Part shown: piece by piece, positions 27,540-37,226 of the stretch
How the letters are laid out: each line of letters starts with the position of its first letter
Position numbering within the stretch: position 1 is the first letter of the stretch
Assembly (NCBI GenBank): GCA_965228855.1
Contig: CBDDIJ010000003.1
Span: 1,536,001-1,600,000 of the forward strand
Length of the DNA: 64,000 nucleotides
Direction: 5' to 3'
Origin: Candidatus Obscuribacterales bacterium
GTDB lineage: Bacteria; Cyanobacteriota; Vampirovibrionia; Obscuribacterales; Obscuribacteraceae
Made by a program: the position numbers and the translations under genes
The notes under the pieces: model-generated
What the model was told of the DNA's origin: nothing
The model's input: only the letters and a program-made list of their open reading frames with translations
Database searches by the model: none

Positions 27540-28457
27540 ATGTCATCACGCGAAATAGTCTTTCTCGGCACTAGCAGTCAAGTTCCGACCCGCACACGCA
27601 ATCACAATGCGATGTTTTTATTCTGGGACGAACTTGGAATCCTTTTCGACCCGGGCGAAGGAACTCAGCGCCAGATGACACTCGCCGGAATCAGCGCTAG
27701 AAGAATTACTCATATCGCAATCACTCACTTTCACGGAGACCATTGTCTTGGTTTAGCCGGTGTGATTCAGAGACTATCTCTCGATCAGGCACCACATGCG
27801 GTGGAGGTCTTCTTTCCCGCCAGCGGTCAAGTGTTTTTCGACAGACTGCGAAACGCTTCGATCTTCTACGATGGCGCCGAGATCATCCCGCGCCCAATCA
27901 AAATCAACGGCAACGAGATCGTCGAACTTCTAAAGACGGATAGTATAAGCCTGCACGCAGCGGCTCTCGAGCACAGTGTCGAGTGCTATGGCTACCGCCT
28001 GCAAGAAGCTGATGGTCGATCCATGGTACCGGCAAAACTTAAGGAGAAAGGACTGGCCGGACCGATCGTAGGTCAATTGCAACGGGAGGGTTCTGTCAAG
28101 ATTAACAACGAGACCGTCACAATTGAAGATGTCAGCGTCGTTCGCCATGGTCAGTCTGTAGCAGTGGTTATGGATACGCGTCCATGCGCCGGCTCCAGAC
28201 TGCTCGCCCAGGGGGCGACGCTGCTTGTTTCCGAAGCCACATATTTGAACAGCGAAGCTACCGAAGCGCACGAACATTTTCACATGACCGCACACCAAGC
28301 CGCACAGCTTGCCATGGACGCCGGTGTCCAACAGCTCGCTATCACTCACTTTTCACCACGATACACTTCGCATCAAGACTTCGTAGACGAAGCCACTTCG
28401 GTGTTTGATAACGTTTGCGTCGCCGACGATCTCGTTAGAGTCAAAGTCACTCGTTGA
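27540..28457 (+). CDS. rnz: Ribonuclease Z
   Basis: FLGTSSQVPT, DPGEGTQRQ, THFHGDHCLG, DTRP, HMTA and THFSPRY motifs. Confidence 0.95.
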   Translation: MSSREIVFLGTSSQVPTRTRNHNAMFLFWDELGILFDPGEGTQRQMTLAGISARRITHIAITHFHGDHCLGLAGVIQRLSLDQAPHAVEVFFPASGQVFFDRLRNASIFYDGAEIIPRPIKINGNEIVELLKTDSISLHAAALEHSVECYGYRLQEADGRSMVPAKLKEKGLAGPIVGQLQREGSVKINNETVTIEDVSVVRHGQSVAVVMDTRPCAGSRLLAQGATLLVSEATYLNSEATEAHEHFHMTAHQAAQLAMDAGVQQLAITHFSPRYTSHQDFVDEATSVFDNVCVADDLVRVKVTR

Positions 28458-29096
28458 TCAAATCTCAATCACAGTCGCAGGATTGGTGGGTTGATATTCT
28501 TCGTCGCACACGGAGACATTGTAATACCAGGTTTTATCCGTAATGTGACAGCCGTGTCCCTCGTGTATATGTCCGAATGCGTGAAACCGTGGTGGCGACT
28601 TTAGTTCCTCAGTCAACACTCGCAGAAGTTCCTCACAACCTACATGCTGTTTCGCATGTCGACCGACGTCATCTAGAATTCCCCACGGCGGTCCATGAGT
28701 AATTAGCAAGTCTAAACCGTCCGGTATCAAATCCCAATAGTGGCGAATCTGTTCTCCGCGATCCTTCATAAACGCCCAGTTGAAAAACGTCGGCGTCCAC
28801 GGACTTCCATAAATCTTCTTGCCGTCAAGCACCAACATCTGATCTTCCAGATAAACACAAGAGGTAAGCAAACTTTCCGCACGACTACGGTCGGTTTCAA
28901 ACATAAAGTCATGATTTCCTGCTACAGCAACAGGCTTATGCTTGTATTTATGCGAGTGCCCGGCAATCCAATCATTGAACATCGAAATCTGACTTTTCGT
29001 GCCGTTTTTCGTCAGGTCGCCGGCAATGATCAAGACGTCTCCTTCCGGTAAATCAATCTCTCTATTATGCGTGTCGCTGATTAGAACAACTTTCAT
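28458..29096 (-). CDS. Metallophosphoesterase (MPPED/239FB-like)
   Basis: SDTH, AGD, AGNHD, THGPP and GHIHE motifs. Confidence 0.9.
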   Translation of the reverse strand: MKVVLISDTHNREIDLPEGDVLIIAGDLTKNGTKSQISMFNDWIAGHSHKYKHKPVAVAGNHDFMFETDRSRAESLLTSCVYLEDQMLVLDGKKIYGSPWTPTFFNWAFMKDRGEQIRHYWDLIPDGLDLLITHGPPWGILDDVGRHAKQHVGCEELLRVLTEELKSPPRFHAFGHIHEGHGCHITDKTWYYNVSVCDEEYQPTNPATVIEI

Positions 29097-29108
29097 ACTT
29101 CCATTCCA

Positions 29109-29921
29109 TCACTCGGCGTCGCTTTTTTCGCTGCCAGGTTGAGATTTGGCCTCGCCACCATCCTCAGTATCATCACTTACGAACTGCAGCTTAGGCGCCT
29201 TCTTCACCGAGTCCATATCGACGCGAACTTCCAACAGCTTTGTTTTCGAGACGTCGTGGTTTTTCAAGCGAACATGTCCGCCTGTGATGGGCAAATCACT
29301 ATTCTGTACTTCGCCAAGAAATGCACGGTAACTCTCAGACACTTTCTCCGGCAGCTTCGGAATCTGACCACTCATGACAATTGCGACATCGTCCTTCTTA
29401 AGCTCGCCTTCTCCTACTTTCACAACTTTGCCGTCAGGACCGAGCGAAACTGTTTGATCATTGGACGTCACACTCTTAGCGCTGCTCGGCGTGAGTACGG
29501 TGCCGCGGAAGAAGATTTCATTCACCAGATCTCTCGTGTCACCTGGCACCGATGGCGGTGTCGCCACCTCGAGAAAACTCTTGACCAGATCTCGTGCGAA
29601 TATATTGGTTTTCGGATCATCTATAAAGTCGCGCCCTACTACCATCGCCATTTGCAGAATCTTGTTCTGCTTATCCGTATCGATGCACACCACAACATCA
29701 TTGCGCGATCCCGGTCGAAAGTAATGAGTAGCCAGTTCTTCATGTTCATCAATCGCACGTTCTCTCAGGTGGAAAAACGTGAAGAAATCGCGTTTAATCG
29801 CGTCATCTAAAATTTGTCCCTGGATGGAAGGAGTGACAGTCTGCCCAAACGACGGCAGTGATGACGATGCGAACAAAATCGTCGCAGCCAATAAACTCAG
29901 AACGGTTCGTCTTATACCCAT
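29109..29921 (-). CDS. Secreted hypothetical protein
   Basis: Signal peptide; 270-aa ORF. Confidence 0.6.
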   Translation of the reverse strand: MGIRRTVLSLLAATILFASSSLPSFGQTVTPSIQGQILDDAIKRDFFTFFHLRERAIDEHEELATHYFRPGSRNDVVVCIDTDKQNKILQMAMVVGRDFIDDPKTNIFARDLVKSFLEVATPPSVPGDTRDLVNEIFFRGTVLTPSSAKSVTSNDQTVSLGPDGKVVKVGEGELKKDDVAIVMSGQIPKLPEKVSESYRAFLGEVQNSDLPITGGHVRLKNHDVSKTKLLEVRVDMDSVKKAPKLQFVSDDTEDGGEAKSQPGSEKSDAE

Positions 29922-30201
29922 CAGTTCAACCCAAACGTCAGGACCTTATTAATAACGTCCAACTTCAACATTCAGATTAACACGCAAACATGTGCAATAT
30001 AACTTTTCCTTTGTCGTCAGGAGAGCAACGCAATTTATCCGCACCTGCTTACAACTTGGAAGCGTTCCCTGGCGAGCTTAACTTCCTCTAACGGTATAGC
30101 CACTACTCGGCACTCTACCACATGACATATAATGCCCGCTCTGACAGGACGGCGTTTTTGCGCGAATAATGAGCGCTGGTTTATAACCGAAATTACCTAC
30201 A

Positions 30202-31119
30202 TTGAAATTTGATATGACTTCAAACGGAAACGGCGGACCCACATCGAATACCATAGCCTTTCGACTTCGCCCGGCGAATAATACCGTATGCGAGTTTAAC
30301 GAATCACTTTTAGACTTCGGCGTGAATGAGTCAACGGCTGTGGAGCCGACGGTAACGGCAATTAGCCCGCTCCACCTTCACGTCAATAAAACTTGCACTG
30401 CTGAGAGCGATTACGCCCAAACTATTTCGTTCTGTGCAGGCATCGAAGCGCTCAACAGACGTGTCGAATCGATGAGCAGGAAAGGTTTCGGCATTGTGGC
30501 TATAGCCGGATACGAGGGCAAATTTGTCACCGCCTTTTCGCGGATGAAAACCGCAAGCGACGTCACGCTCATCGACGAGGATGCCGCAGAGCCGGGTATC
30601 AGTCACAGTTATCGCTTGAGCGCTAATACTCTTCAGCATGTAGCGCACAACGGTCATAGCTGGATGTTCACATACCTGACCGAAAAACAAAGCGCGCCCC
30701 AAACCATTATCAAATGTCAAACCCTCGAGGCGCTACTCGCCCAGATAAAAGTGGTCTGGAAGCGCAACTACCGAGTCAGTTCTCTCACATATGGTGCGGG
30801 TCACTGGGTCGCCGTCGCCACACAATCGTTCGCACCAGACGAACAAAGCTACTTCACCGCACCCGATACTGACTCGCTTCAGGACAAGACCAGAACCGCC
30901 TGGGACGAAGGGCGTCGTATCGCTGCCATCACCTATGGTGCCGACCGCTGGCTCGTCATCCTCAATAAATCCGGAGAAACCGACTCTCAGAAATGGGTGT
31001 CTAGAAAAAACTTCGTCGACCTGAGAACGAAGATTCGCGAGGAATGGCTGCGCGGCTTTCAGGTTACTTCGCTGACGCGCGGGGCAGACGTGTGGCTGGC
31101 GGTTTTGACCAGAAGCTAG
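30202..31119 (+). CDS. Repeat protein with three W..G(Y/F)RxxxxTYGxxxW units (DUF7477-like)
   Basis: WKRNYRVSSLTYGAGHW / WDEGRRIAAITYGADRW / WLRGFQVTSLTRGADVW; start may be ATG 30214. Confidence 0.55.
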   Translation: MKFDMTSNGNGGPTSNTIAFRLRPANNTVCEFNESLLDFGVNESTAVEPTVTAISPLHLHVNKTCTAESDYAQTISFCAGIEALNRRVESMSRKGFGIVAIAGYEGKFVTAFSRMKTASDVTLIDEDAAEPGISHSYRLSANTLQHVAHNGHSWMFTYLTEKQSAPQTIIKCQTLEALLAQIKVVWKRNYRVSSLTYGAGHWVAVATQSFAPDEQSYFTAPDTDSLQDKTRTAWDEGRRIAAITYGADRWLVILNKSGETDSQKWVSRKNFVDLRTKIREEWLRGFQVTSLTRGADVWLAVLTRS

Positions 31120-31134
31120 TCGCCGCAATATCTT

Positions 31135-32850
31135 TTACTTCGAATCCTTGGGGCTATCAACTACTTCGGCAAGAGGTATTCCGACCGATGCTGAAGGCGG
31201 TTTGATGCCTATAAACGTAGAAATCGTCGGAGCTATATCTTGCGGTCCGACCGGTCGAGAACAAACTTTGGGCACTACCCCCGGTGCTACGATGAAGATA
31301 GGAACGTAAGTGTCATATGTCCAAACCGACCCGTGCATTCCAGTCTTAAGGTTCCAGGGATAGTGCATTAGCAGCGCATGCTGATTTGCCACGACATGAA
31401 CGTTGCCGGAGCGACGAGGATGGAATGTATTCGTCACTCTCTGCATAAATGGCAGTGCCGGAACATGTCCGGTCATGATGTCACCCCTGGTGGCAGCAAA
31501 ATAAATGCCGGGAAATTTCATTGCAACCGTAGCGGCGGCATGTTCAACCTCCTCAAGATTTAGATTTAACTTCGACACCGTGTCCGTGTTCAAATAAATG
31601 TAAGGATAGGTGAATGTTTGAACAAGATCGAGATCAGTCGAAAAGCGCTTCTTGAGCGCATCATTGACCTCTTTGGGCAGAGCCTGTGGGTCGACTCGTA
31701 AGGCGGGAAAACCCAGCTGCTGGACGTACTCGGTCACATCTGCGACGCCATGGTCGGCGGACAAGACGATCAATGTTTTGTCCAATCCGACAGATTTGTC
31801 AACGTAAGCGAACAGTTCGCAAAGATTACGGTCTACACGAAGAATATTGTCTTCTGCCTCCAAACTCCCAACTCCCCAGGTATGACCAACCATATCGGTC
31901 GAAGAAAAACTAACGGACAAGTAGTCGATGGATGATCCTCGACCGAGCTTTTCGCGTTGAATCAAGTCTTTCGTGAAAGCAAGAACTAATTCATCGCCCA
32001 CTACAGTGTGCTCGAGTCCTCGGTAATACGACTCATCATCGGCTGCCGCCAGCTTCTTCGGCATTGTTCGACCAAGATGTTTATATCCGCCTTCCCAAGA
32101 CATGTCATCCCGGTCTCTGCGCCAGTAGGAACTCTTGGGCTGAAGCAAATCCCATGATTTGTCGCGATAGTTCTCGGCAATCTTTTGATTGTTCCAGGCC
32201 ACAAGCCAACCGGGTAGCTCCTTGAAATAATAGCTACTGGTAACGAATTTACCGTGCTCGAGCCAGAATGCTTTTCCGGCTCTGCCACCAGGTATAATGG
32301 CACTGCGATCTTTGCCGGAAACGGCGAAAATTTTTGCAGTCTCTTCGGACGCAATGAAAAGCTCATCGCCCAACGTCGTCGACTCCAGGTTCGTAGGCGC
32401 CCTTCCACCCTGGGTCTTCCCGACCTCAGTGTCAACATGCTCGGAAAAGACTTTGTAATTATTGTCCTCGACTGAATAAACTATGCGCTTGGTCGACTCG
32501 TCCCACCAGTCACCACCGATGATACCGTGCTGACCTGGTTGTGCGCCTGTCACAAGAGTGGCGTGCCCAGGTCCGGTTTCAGTGTCGGCGTGCATATAGT
32601 GCGCGTTGTTGTAGAAAACGCCTTTATCCATTAAGTAGCGAAACCCACCAGGACCAAAACGCTCTTTAAAGACTCGTGGAAGATCTCCCCTCAGCTGATC
32701 TATAGTTATTTGTAAGACCAACTTCACTGGCGTTCCTGTAGCCGGGGCAGAAACTGTCTCAGCCGCGCGCACTTGCACAATGAGGCTGGAACTCCAGAGC
32801 ATCGAACTAACGGCGATTAAAAGACCGCGCTTCAGAAGACTTGTTTTCAT
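31135..32850 (-). CDS. Alkaline phosphatase family protein (PafA/PhoV type)
   Basis: IDQLRGD, ETGPGHAT, KDRSAI, D..GH, SADHG and HGS...DTYVP motifs; signal peptide. Confidence 0.9.
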   Translation of the reverse strand: MKTSLLKRGLLIAVSSMLWSSSLIVQVRAAETVSAPATGTPVKLVLQITIDQLRGDLPRVFKERFGPGGFRYLMDKGVFYNNAHYMHADTETGPGHATLVTGAQPGQHGIIGGDWWDESTKRIVYSVEDNNYKVFSEHVDTEVGKTQGGRAPTNLESTTLGDELFIASEETAKIFAVSGKDRSAIIPGGRAGKAFWLEHGKFVTSSYYFKELPGWLVAWNNQKIAENYRDKSWDLLQPKSSYWRRDRDDMSWEGGYKHLGRTMPKKLAAADDESYYRGLEHTVVGDELVLAFTKDLIQREKLGRGSSIDYLSVSFSSTDMVGHTWGVGSLEAEDNILRVDRNLCELFAYVDKSVGLDKTLIVLSADHGVADVTEYVQQLGFPALRVDPQALPKEVNDALKKRFSTDLDLVQTFTYPYIYLNTDTVSKLNLNLEEVEHAAATVAMKFPGIYFAATRGDIMTGHVPALPFMQRVTNTFHPRRSGNVHVVANQHALLMHYPWNLKTGMHGSVWTYDTYVPIFIVAPGVVPKVCSRPVGPQDIAPTISTFIGIKPPSASVGIPLAEVVDSPKDSK

Positions 32851-33010
32851 AACATTCCAACATTCGGTGATTCCTCCAGAACTCTACCACGGTAGTTGTT
32901 TCCAACCATTAAATCGGCGTTTCGAGAAATCGAACAGGCGAGTCTATTTGAACACCCGCCCGTTTCAGTGTTCTGCGTTAACCTTCGGAACCCGCTCACC
33001 ATGCTACTCT

Positions 33011-34102
33011 CTAAATTTTGAAACGGTCACGAACCCATTCGCGTAATACAGGAAAGTTCTCGCGTACAACATCAGTGTCCTTTCCATGCGCACCCATCAA
33101 GCCGGCAAAAGTTTCTGCGAACGCTTCTTTTGCGCCCGTGAAGCCGGGTTTAGTGTAATACCAGAGACGCTCTTTGACTTCTGCCGGCATTTTATCGACT
33201 TCTTTCTGATACATATCAAGGAAATCCGCAGACTTTGTGAATACGCCGGAACAGTAATCAACCGCATGCCCCATCTCGTGGACAAGCACATTTGTTGTTG
33301 AGGCAGCGTCCCAGACTTCGTCACTCAACTGCGTGGAGTTTGGTATCAACTTTCTTTCGTAGATATAAACGTCTCGGTCATAGCATCGAGCTATGTCTTG
33401 AGCAAGGTGCAGACCGTCAGCGTCGAGTTTGCCCTTCAACATATCCGGCCACTTATCTGTAATATTTGGCGCAATGTTGATAGTGGCGCCGCCTTTGTCG
33501 AGAATCTCGTAAATATTTGGTGGCAAACGATCGACTATGTTAGTCACTGTCTCGATCGTCGCTTCACCCACCGCCGGATGATTAAACTTCGGTGGCACAA
33601 TATAAATGCGATGCTTGAATTCAACATGCCCCGTGCTGGAGACTGCCGGATCAGGCGTCCTCGCCGGCACGAGCGTGGGTTGTTGCGATCCTTCGTACGG
33701 TTTTAAACCGCTGCTGTGATCGATAAACGCGATCATTTGCCCACAAATTTTCGCTATTTTACCGTCGGAATTATTGTTCAAAGTCTGAGCGTACTGCTCC
33801 TTCGCAAGGGCCGGCTCGTTCATCTTCATGTAAGTGTTTGCCAGCTCATAGTGAGCCTGCCAGCATGTTGGCTCCTTTTTGATTATGTATTCGAAAAATT
33901 GCCGAGCCTTTGAATATTGTCCGGCTTTGTAAAACTCGATTCCCTCGGTCAGCAAGGTCTCCGCCTGAGCCGGAGCCCAGAGCATCGCCGCCAACATCAG
34001 TCCTAGAAGCTGACGTTTGTCCAGCCGGGGAAGCGACACATAAATCGACCTGCTCAGGACCGTTGCAGCTTTGAGAACAGGTAGGCAAAACGATGGTTTC
34101 AT
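33011..34102 (-). CDS. Secreted TPR protein with anthrax-lethal-factor-like zinc metallopeptidase domain
   Basis: Two TPRs, then VLVHEMGHAVD and EAFAETF motifs. Confidence 0.7.
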   Translation of the reverse strand: MKPSFCLPVLKAATVLSRSIYVSLPRLDKRQLLGLMLAAMLWAPAQAETLLTEGIEFYKAGQYSKARQFFEYIIKKEPTCWQAHYELANTYMKMNEPALAKEQYAQTLNNNSDGKIAKICGQMIAFIDHSSGLKPYEGSQQPTLVPARTPDPAVSSTGHVEFKHRIYIVPPKFNHPAVGEATIETVTNIVDRLPPNIYEILDKGGATINIAPNITDKWPDMLKGKLDADGLHLAQDIARCYDRDVYIYERKLIPNSTQLSDEVWDAASTTNVLVHEMGHAVDYCSGVFTKSADFLDMYQKEVDKMPAEVKERLWYYTKPGFTGAKEAFAETFAGLMGAHGKDTDVVRENFPVLREWVRDRFKI

Positions 34103-34201
34103 GAGTCCTCGCGTCGAAAAACTTAACTCCGGCAGCGATTATACAACGCCCGTTTATTTACCTTATTTAAAAGGGGTATAAAAGCTTCGGAGGATTATTT
34201 T

Positions 34202-35386
34202 ATGGCATCAGGGCTAGCCAAACAGTCGCAGCGAATGTTCGCATCGATGCTTGCTGTTTGTCTGCTCACGCTGGCGTTTGAGCCCTATGCGCCTTCCTGG
34301 GGCGCCGAGACTGCCGATGACGAATTAGAATTGAAGCGTGGCGACCTCAACGAGCCGGAATCAATCACCGGAAATCAGGAGACAGTCGCTCCAGATGCCG
34401 AGACTCGCCCATTAGACGGTACAAGCCAGTCGGATAACGCGGGGAGCACAGCGCCTGATCGGCAAAACGGCGATAAGCCCGCCGATACCACCTTTCGCAA
34501 ACCGTTTAACTTGAACGTCCAAACCTCTGTCATGGACGGCAGTGCCGACAGCCATAACTTCCAAGGAGGTGCAAACAGTAGTTTGTTGCGCGGAGCAATA
34601 AACGCTCCGGGCGGCTTGGGCAATCAGACGCCGACATTTGGAGTAAACACAAATCGGCCGAACTTGAAAACCGGAACCAATACGACCACGTTGAACGGTG
34701 GACTGACAGAGACGCAACTACAGCGACTGGCTGCACACGATCTGGTTTTAATCATCGATCAATCTGCCTCGATGAACACACAAGATTGCCCTGTCTCAGG
34801 ACTTGGTCGAGTCGGTGGAACGATCATGGGAATGCTGTTAGGTTCAGCCGGCATGGTGAGCCGATGGCAATGGTGCCGAGACCAGACGATGAATCTGGCG
34901 GAACAAACTCGCTTTGCTTCATCGAAGGGTTTGAGCGTTATTCTTTTTTCGACTAACTTCGAAGTGCACTCTCGAGTTTCAGTGGACGATATTCCAACTA
35001 TCTTCAAACAAGTTGCGCCGCATGGCACCACCAATTTGACAGAGCCACTCAGAATTACAATCAATGATTTCTTTCGCAGACAGACAGAAACGCGAGGTAA
35101 TGTGAAGCCTTTAGCTATCGCGATCATCACAGATGGCTTACCGACAAACGAAGCGAATGTCTGCAAGGTTTTGGTAGATACTACAAATCAGATGCGCAAC
35201 CCGCGAGACATCAAAGTCACCGTTTTTCTAATTGGGAACTCGGCTCTCAACGGACAGGCGTTCGTGAATGAAATCGAGAGAAACCTTCCTAAATACGGAG
35301 CGAAGTTTAATATCGTCAAGTCTGTATCATTCTGGAACCTTATGAAAGTAGGGCTGTCACGAGCCCTTGCCGATGCGCTGGAGTAA
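34202..35386 (+). CDS. Secreted von Willebrand factor A domain protein
   Basis: MIDAS motif DQSASM, GTTNL, IITDGLP; signal peptide and disordered linker. Confidence 0.8.
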   Translation: MASGLAKQSQRMFASMLAVCLLTLAFEPYAPSWGAETADDELELKRGDLNEPESITGNQETVAPDAETRPLDGTSQSDNAGSTAPDRQNGDKPADTTFRKPFNLNVQTSVMDGSADSHNFQGGANSSLLRGAINAPGGLGNQTPTFGVNTNRPNLKTGTNTTTLNGGLTETQLQRLAAHDLVLIIDQSASMNTQDCPVSGLGRVGGTIMGMLLGSAGMVSRWQWCRDQTMNLAEQTRFASSKGLSVILFSTNFEVHSRVSVDDIPTIFKQVAPHGTTNLTEPLRITINDFFRRQTETRGNVKPLAIAIITDGLPTNEANVCKVLVDTTNQMRNPRDIKVTVFLIGNSALNGQAFVNEIERNLPKYGAKFNIVKSVSFWNLMKVGLSRALADALE

Positions 35387-35396
35387 GTGATCGAAG

Positions 35397-37226
35397 ATGA
35401 AGAGGAAGTTTCTATCATCGAAAGAAGTTATTCTGCCGTTCGTCGTGCCGGTCATAGTCGAAGTTGTGCTCATTTCTTTCATTCTTATCACCATCCTTGG
35501 TGCCCGCCAGTCTGAAACAGAAATGGACGAGACAATAGCAACAAAGACCTTGATCGATTCAACATTTCACGATGTAACAACGTCTTCGATGCGCCTGCTC
35601 ACAAACGATGACACACAACTGGGTAAAGTGATTCCGGAGATCAAGGACGCTCTTCGGAAAGACAAAGCCGCTCTTCAAACGTCCACTCAGCTTAAAGACC
35701 TTAATGCGCCCAGCACGGGTCAATTCATGAAAGTTCTAGATGAGCTGGCAGAGTCAGTTGAAACCATAGAGGGCAGCCTCAAAGAAGGAAACTCGACAAA
35801 CATCGACTTGGTCATGGGCAAGCTATCGCTTTTGCTGGACCAGGTAAAACAACCCGCTGACGACCTGCACAACAGACTGCAAGATAAGGAAGCCGACCTG
35901 AATAAGCGTCGGGATACTGTTTGGAACAGCATAATCGGCTTACTTATCGCCGCCATGATCACACCGATTTTCGCTGCGGTTTACGCTTTCATTTACGCCG
36001 GCCGCCTTGCTCACAGGATGAACGACTTAAGAGAGAGCGTAGTCACGATCTCTTTAGGCGAGCGCATCCAGCAAAATATTCAGGGTTCCGACGAGTTTAG
36101 TGAATTGCACAGATCTATCCTTGATCTTTCCGTGGTCATGGATAAGGCAAGACAGAAAGAACGAGCAATGATCGACAACGCCGCAGAAATTATTTGCTCA
36201 CTGGATGAGCAGCTAAAAGTTGCTGAAGTTAATCCGGCCGTTGAAGATCGCCTTGGTTACGATCAACAAGAACTTATTGGCATGAATATTCAGACACTCG
36301 TTCATCCTGACGATCGCGAGCTCACATATGAAGAATTGGAGTCAGTCAGGACAAGAGATAGTGGTCACAATTTCGAGGCGCGCTTGAGAACAAGAGACGG
36401 GCAATACATATTCACCGACTGGTCAATAAACTGGTCGCCTGATGACGACTCGATTCTATGTGTAATTCACGACGTCTCAGATAGGAAACGAGCAGAGAAA
36501 CTCAAACAGGACGTCATAGCGATGGTAAGTCACGACCTTCGTGCGCCTTTGACCTCTATCGCAATGGTATTGGATATGGTGATGGAAGGCGCTGCCGGAG
36601 AGCTTAATGACCGCGGAGACCGTCTAGTCAGTCGAGCTCAAATGTCAGTACAGTCACTAATTTCGATGATAAAAGACTTGCTGGATATTGAGCGATATGA
36701 AGCCGGCGGTTTGCAATTGAATTTGGAACAGGCGAGCGCAAAGGATGTAATTCTTCGGTCCATCGATATGGTCAAGCCCGAGGCGGAAAGGAAGAACATA
36801 ATGATTGATGTGATCTGTGATGACACTCTCATCGTTTGCGATCCGGAGCGTGTCAATCGCGTATTGGTCAACCTCATAAACAACGCGATAAAGTTCTCTA
36901 AAAGCGGCAAGATTATTTATGTATCCGGAAAAGTCTTGAAACACCGCAATGAACCAGCCGAAGTAGTGTTCCAAATCATTGACGAAGGTCCTGGAATCCC
37001 GGAAAACAAGATTGACTCAATCTTCGATAAATTCACTCAAGTTGGCACCGGCAGCGAGGGAGAACGCGCCGGTAGCGGATTGGGGCTGGCGATTTGTAAA
37101 GCGCTGGTGGAAGCTCACCGCGGAAAAATCGGAGTGAAGAGCGCTATGGGAGAGGGCACAACATTCTGGTTCAGCCTTCCTCAAGGAATGGATACTATGC
37201 GCACCTCCGGGAGCTTCAGGGTATGA
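35397..37226 (+). CDS. Sensor histidine kinase (2TM-HAMP-PAS-HisKA-HATPase)
   Basis: VHPDD PAS motif, SHDLRAPL, NLINNAIKF, DEGPGI and GSGLGL boxes. Confidence 0.95.
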   Translation: MKRKFLSSKEVILPFVVPVIVEVVLISFILITILGARQSETEMDETIATKTLIDSTFHDVTTSSMRLLTNDDTQLGKVIPEIKDALRKDKAALQTSTQLKDLNAPSTGQFMKVLDELAESVETIEGSLKEGNSTNIDLVMGKLSLLLDQVKQPADDLHNRLQDKEADLNKRRDTVWNSIIGLLIAAMITPIFAAVYAFIYAGRLAHRMNDLRESVVTISLGERIQQNIQGSDEFSELHRSILDLSVVMDKARQKERAMIDNAAEIICSLDEQLKVAEVNPAVEDRLGYDQQELIGMNIQTLVHPDDRELTYEELESVRTRDSGHNFEARLRTRDGQYIFTDWSINWSPDDDSILCVIHDVSDRKRAEKLKQDVIAMVSHDLRAPLTSIAMVLDMVMEGAAGELNDRGDRLVSRAQMSVQSLISMIKDLLDIERYEAGGLQLNLEQASAKDVILRSIDMVKPEAERKNIMIDVICDDTLIVCDPERVNRVLVNLINNAIKFSKSGKIIYVSGKVLKHRNEPAEVVFQIIDEGPGIPENKIDSIFDKFTQVGTGSEGERAGSGLGLAICKALVEAHRGKIGVKSAMGEGTTFWFSLPQGMDTMRTSGSFRV

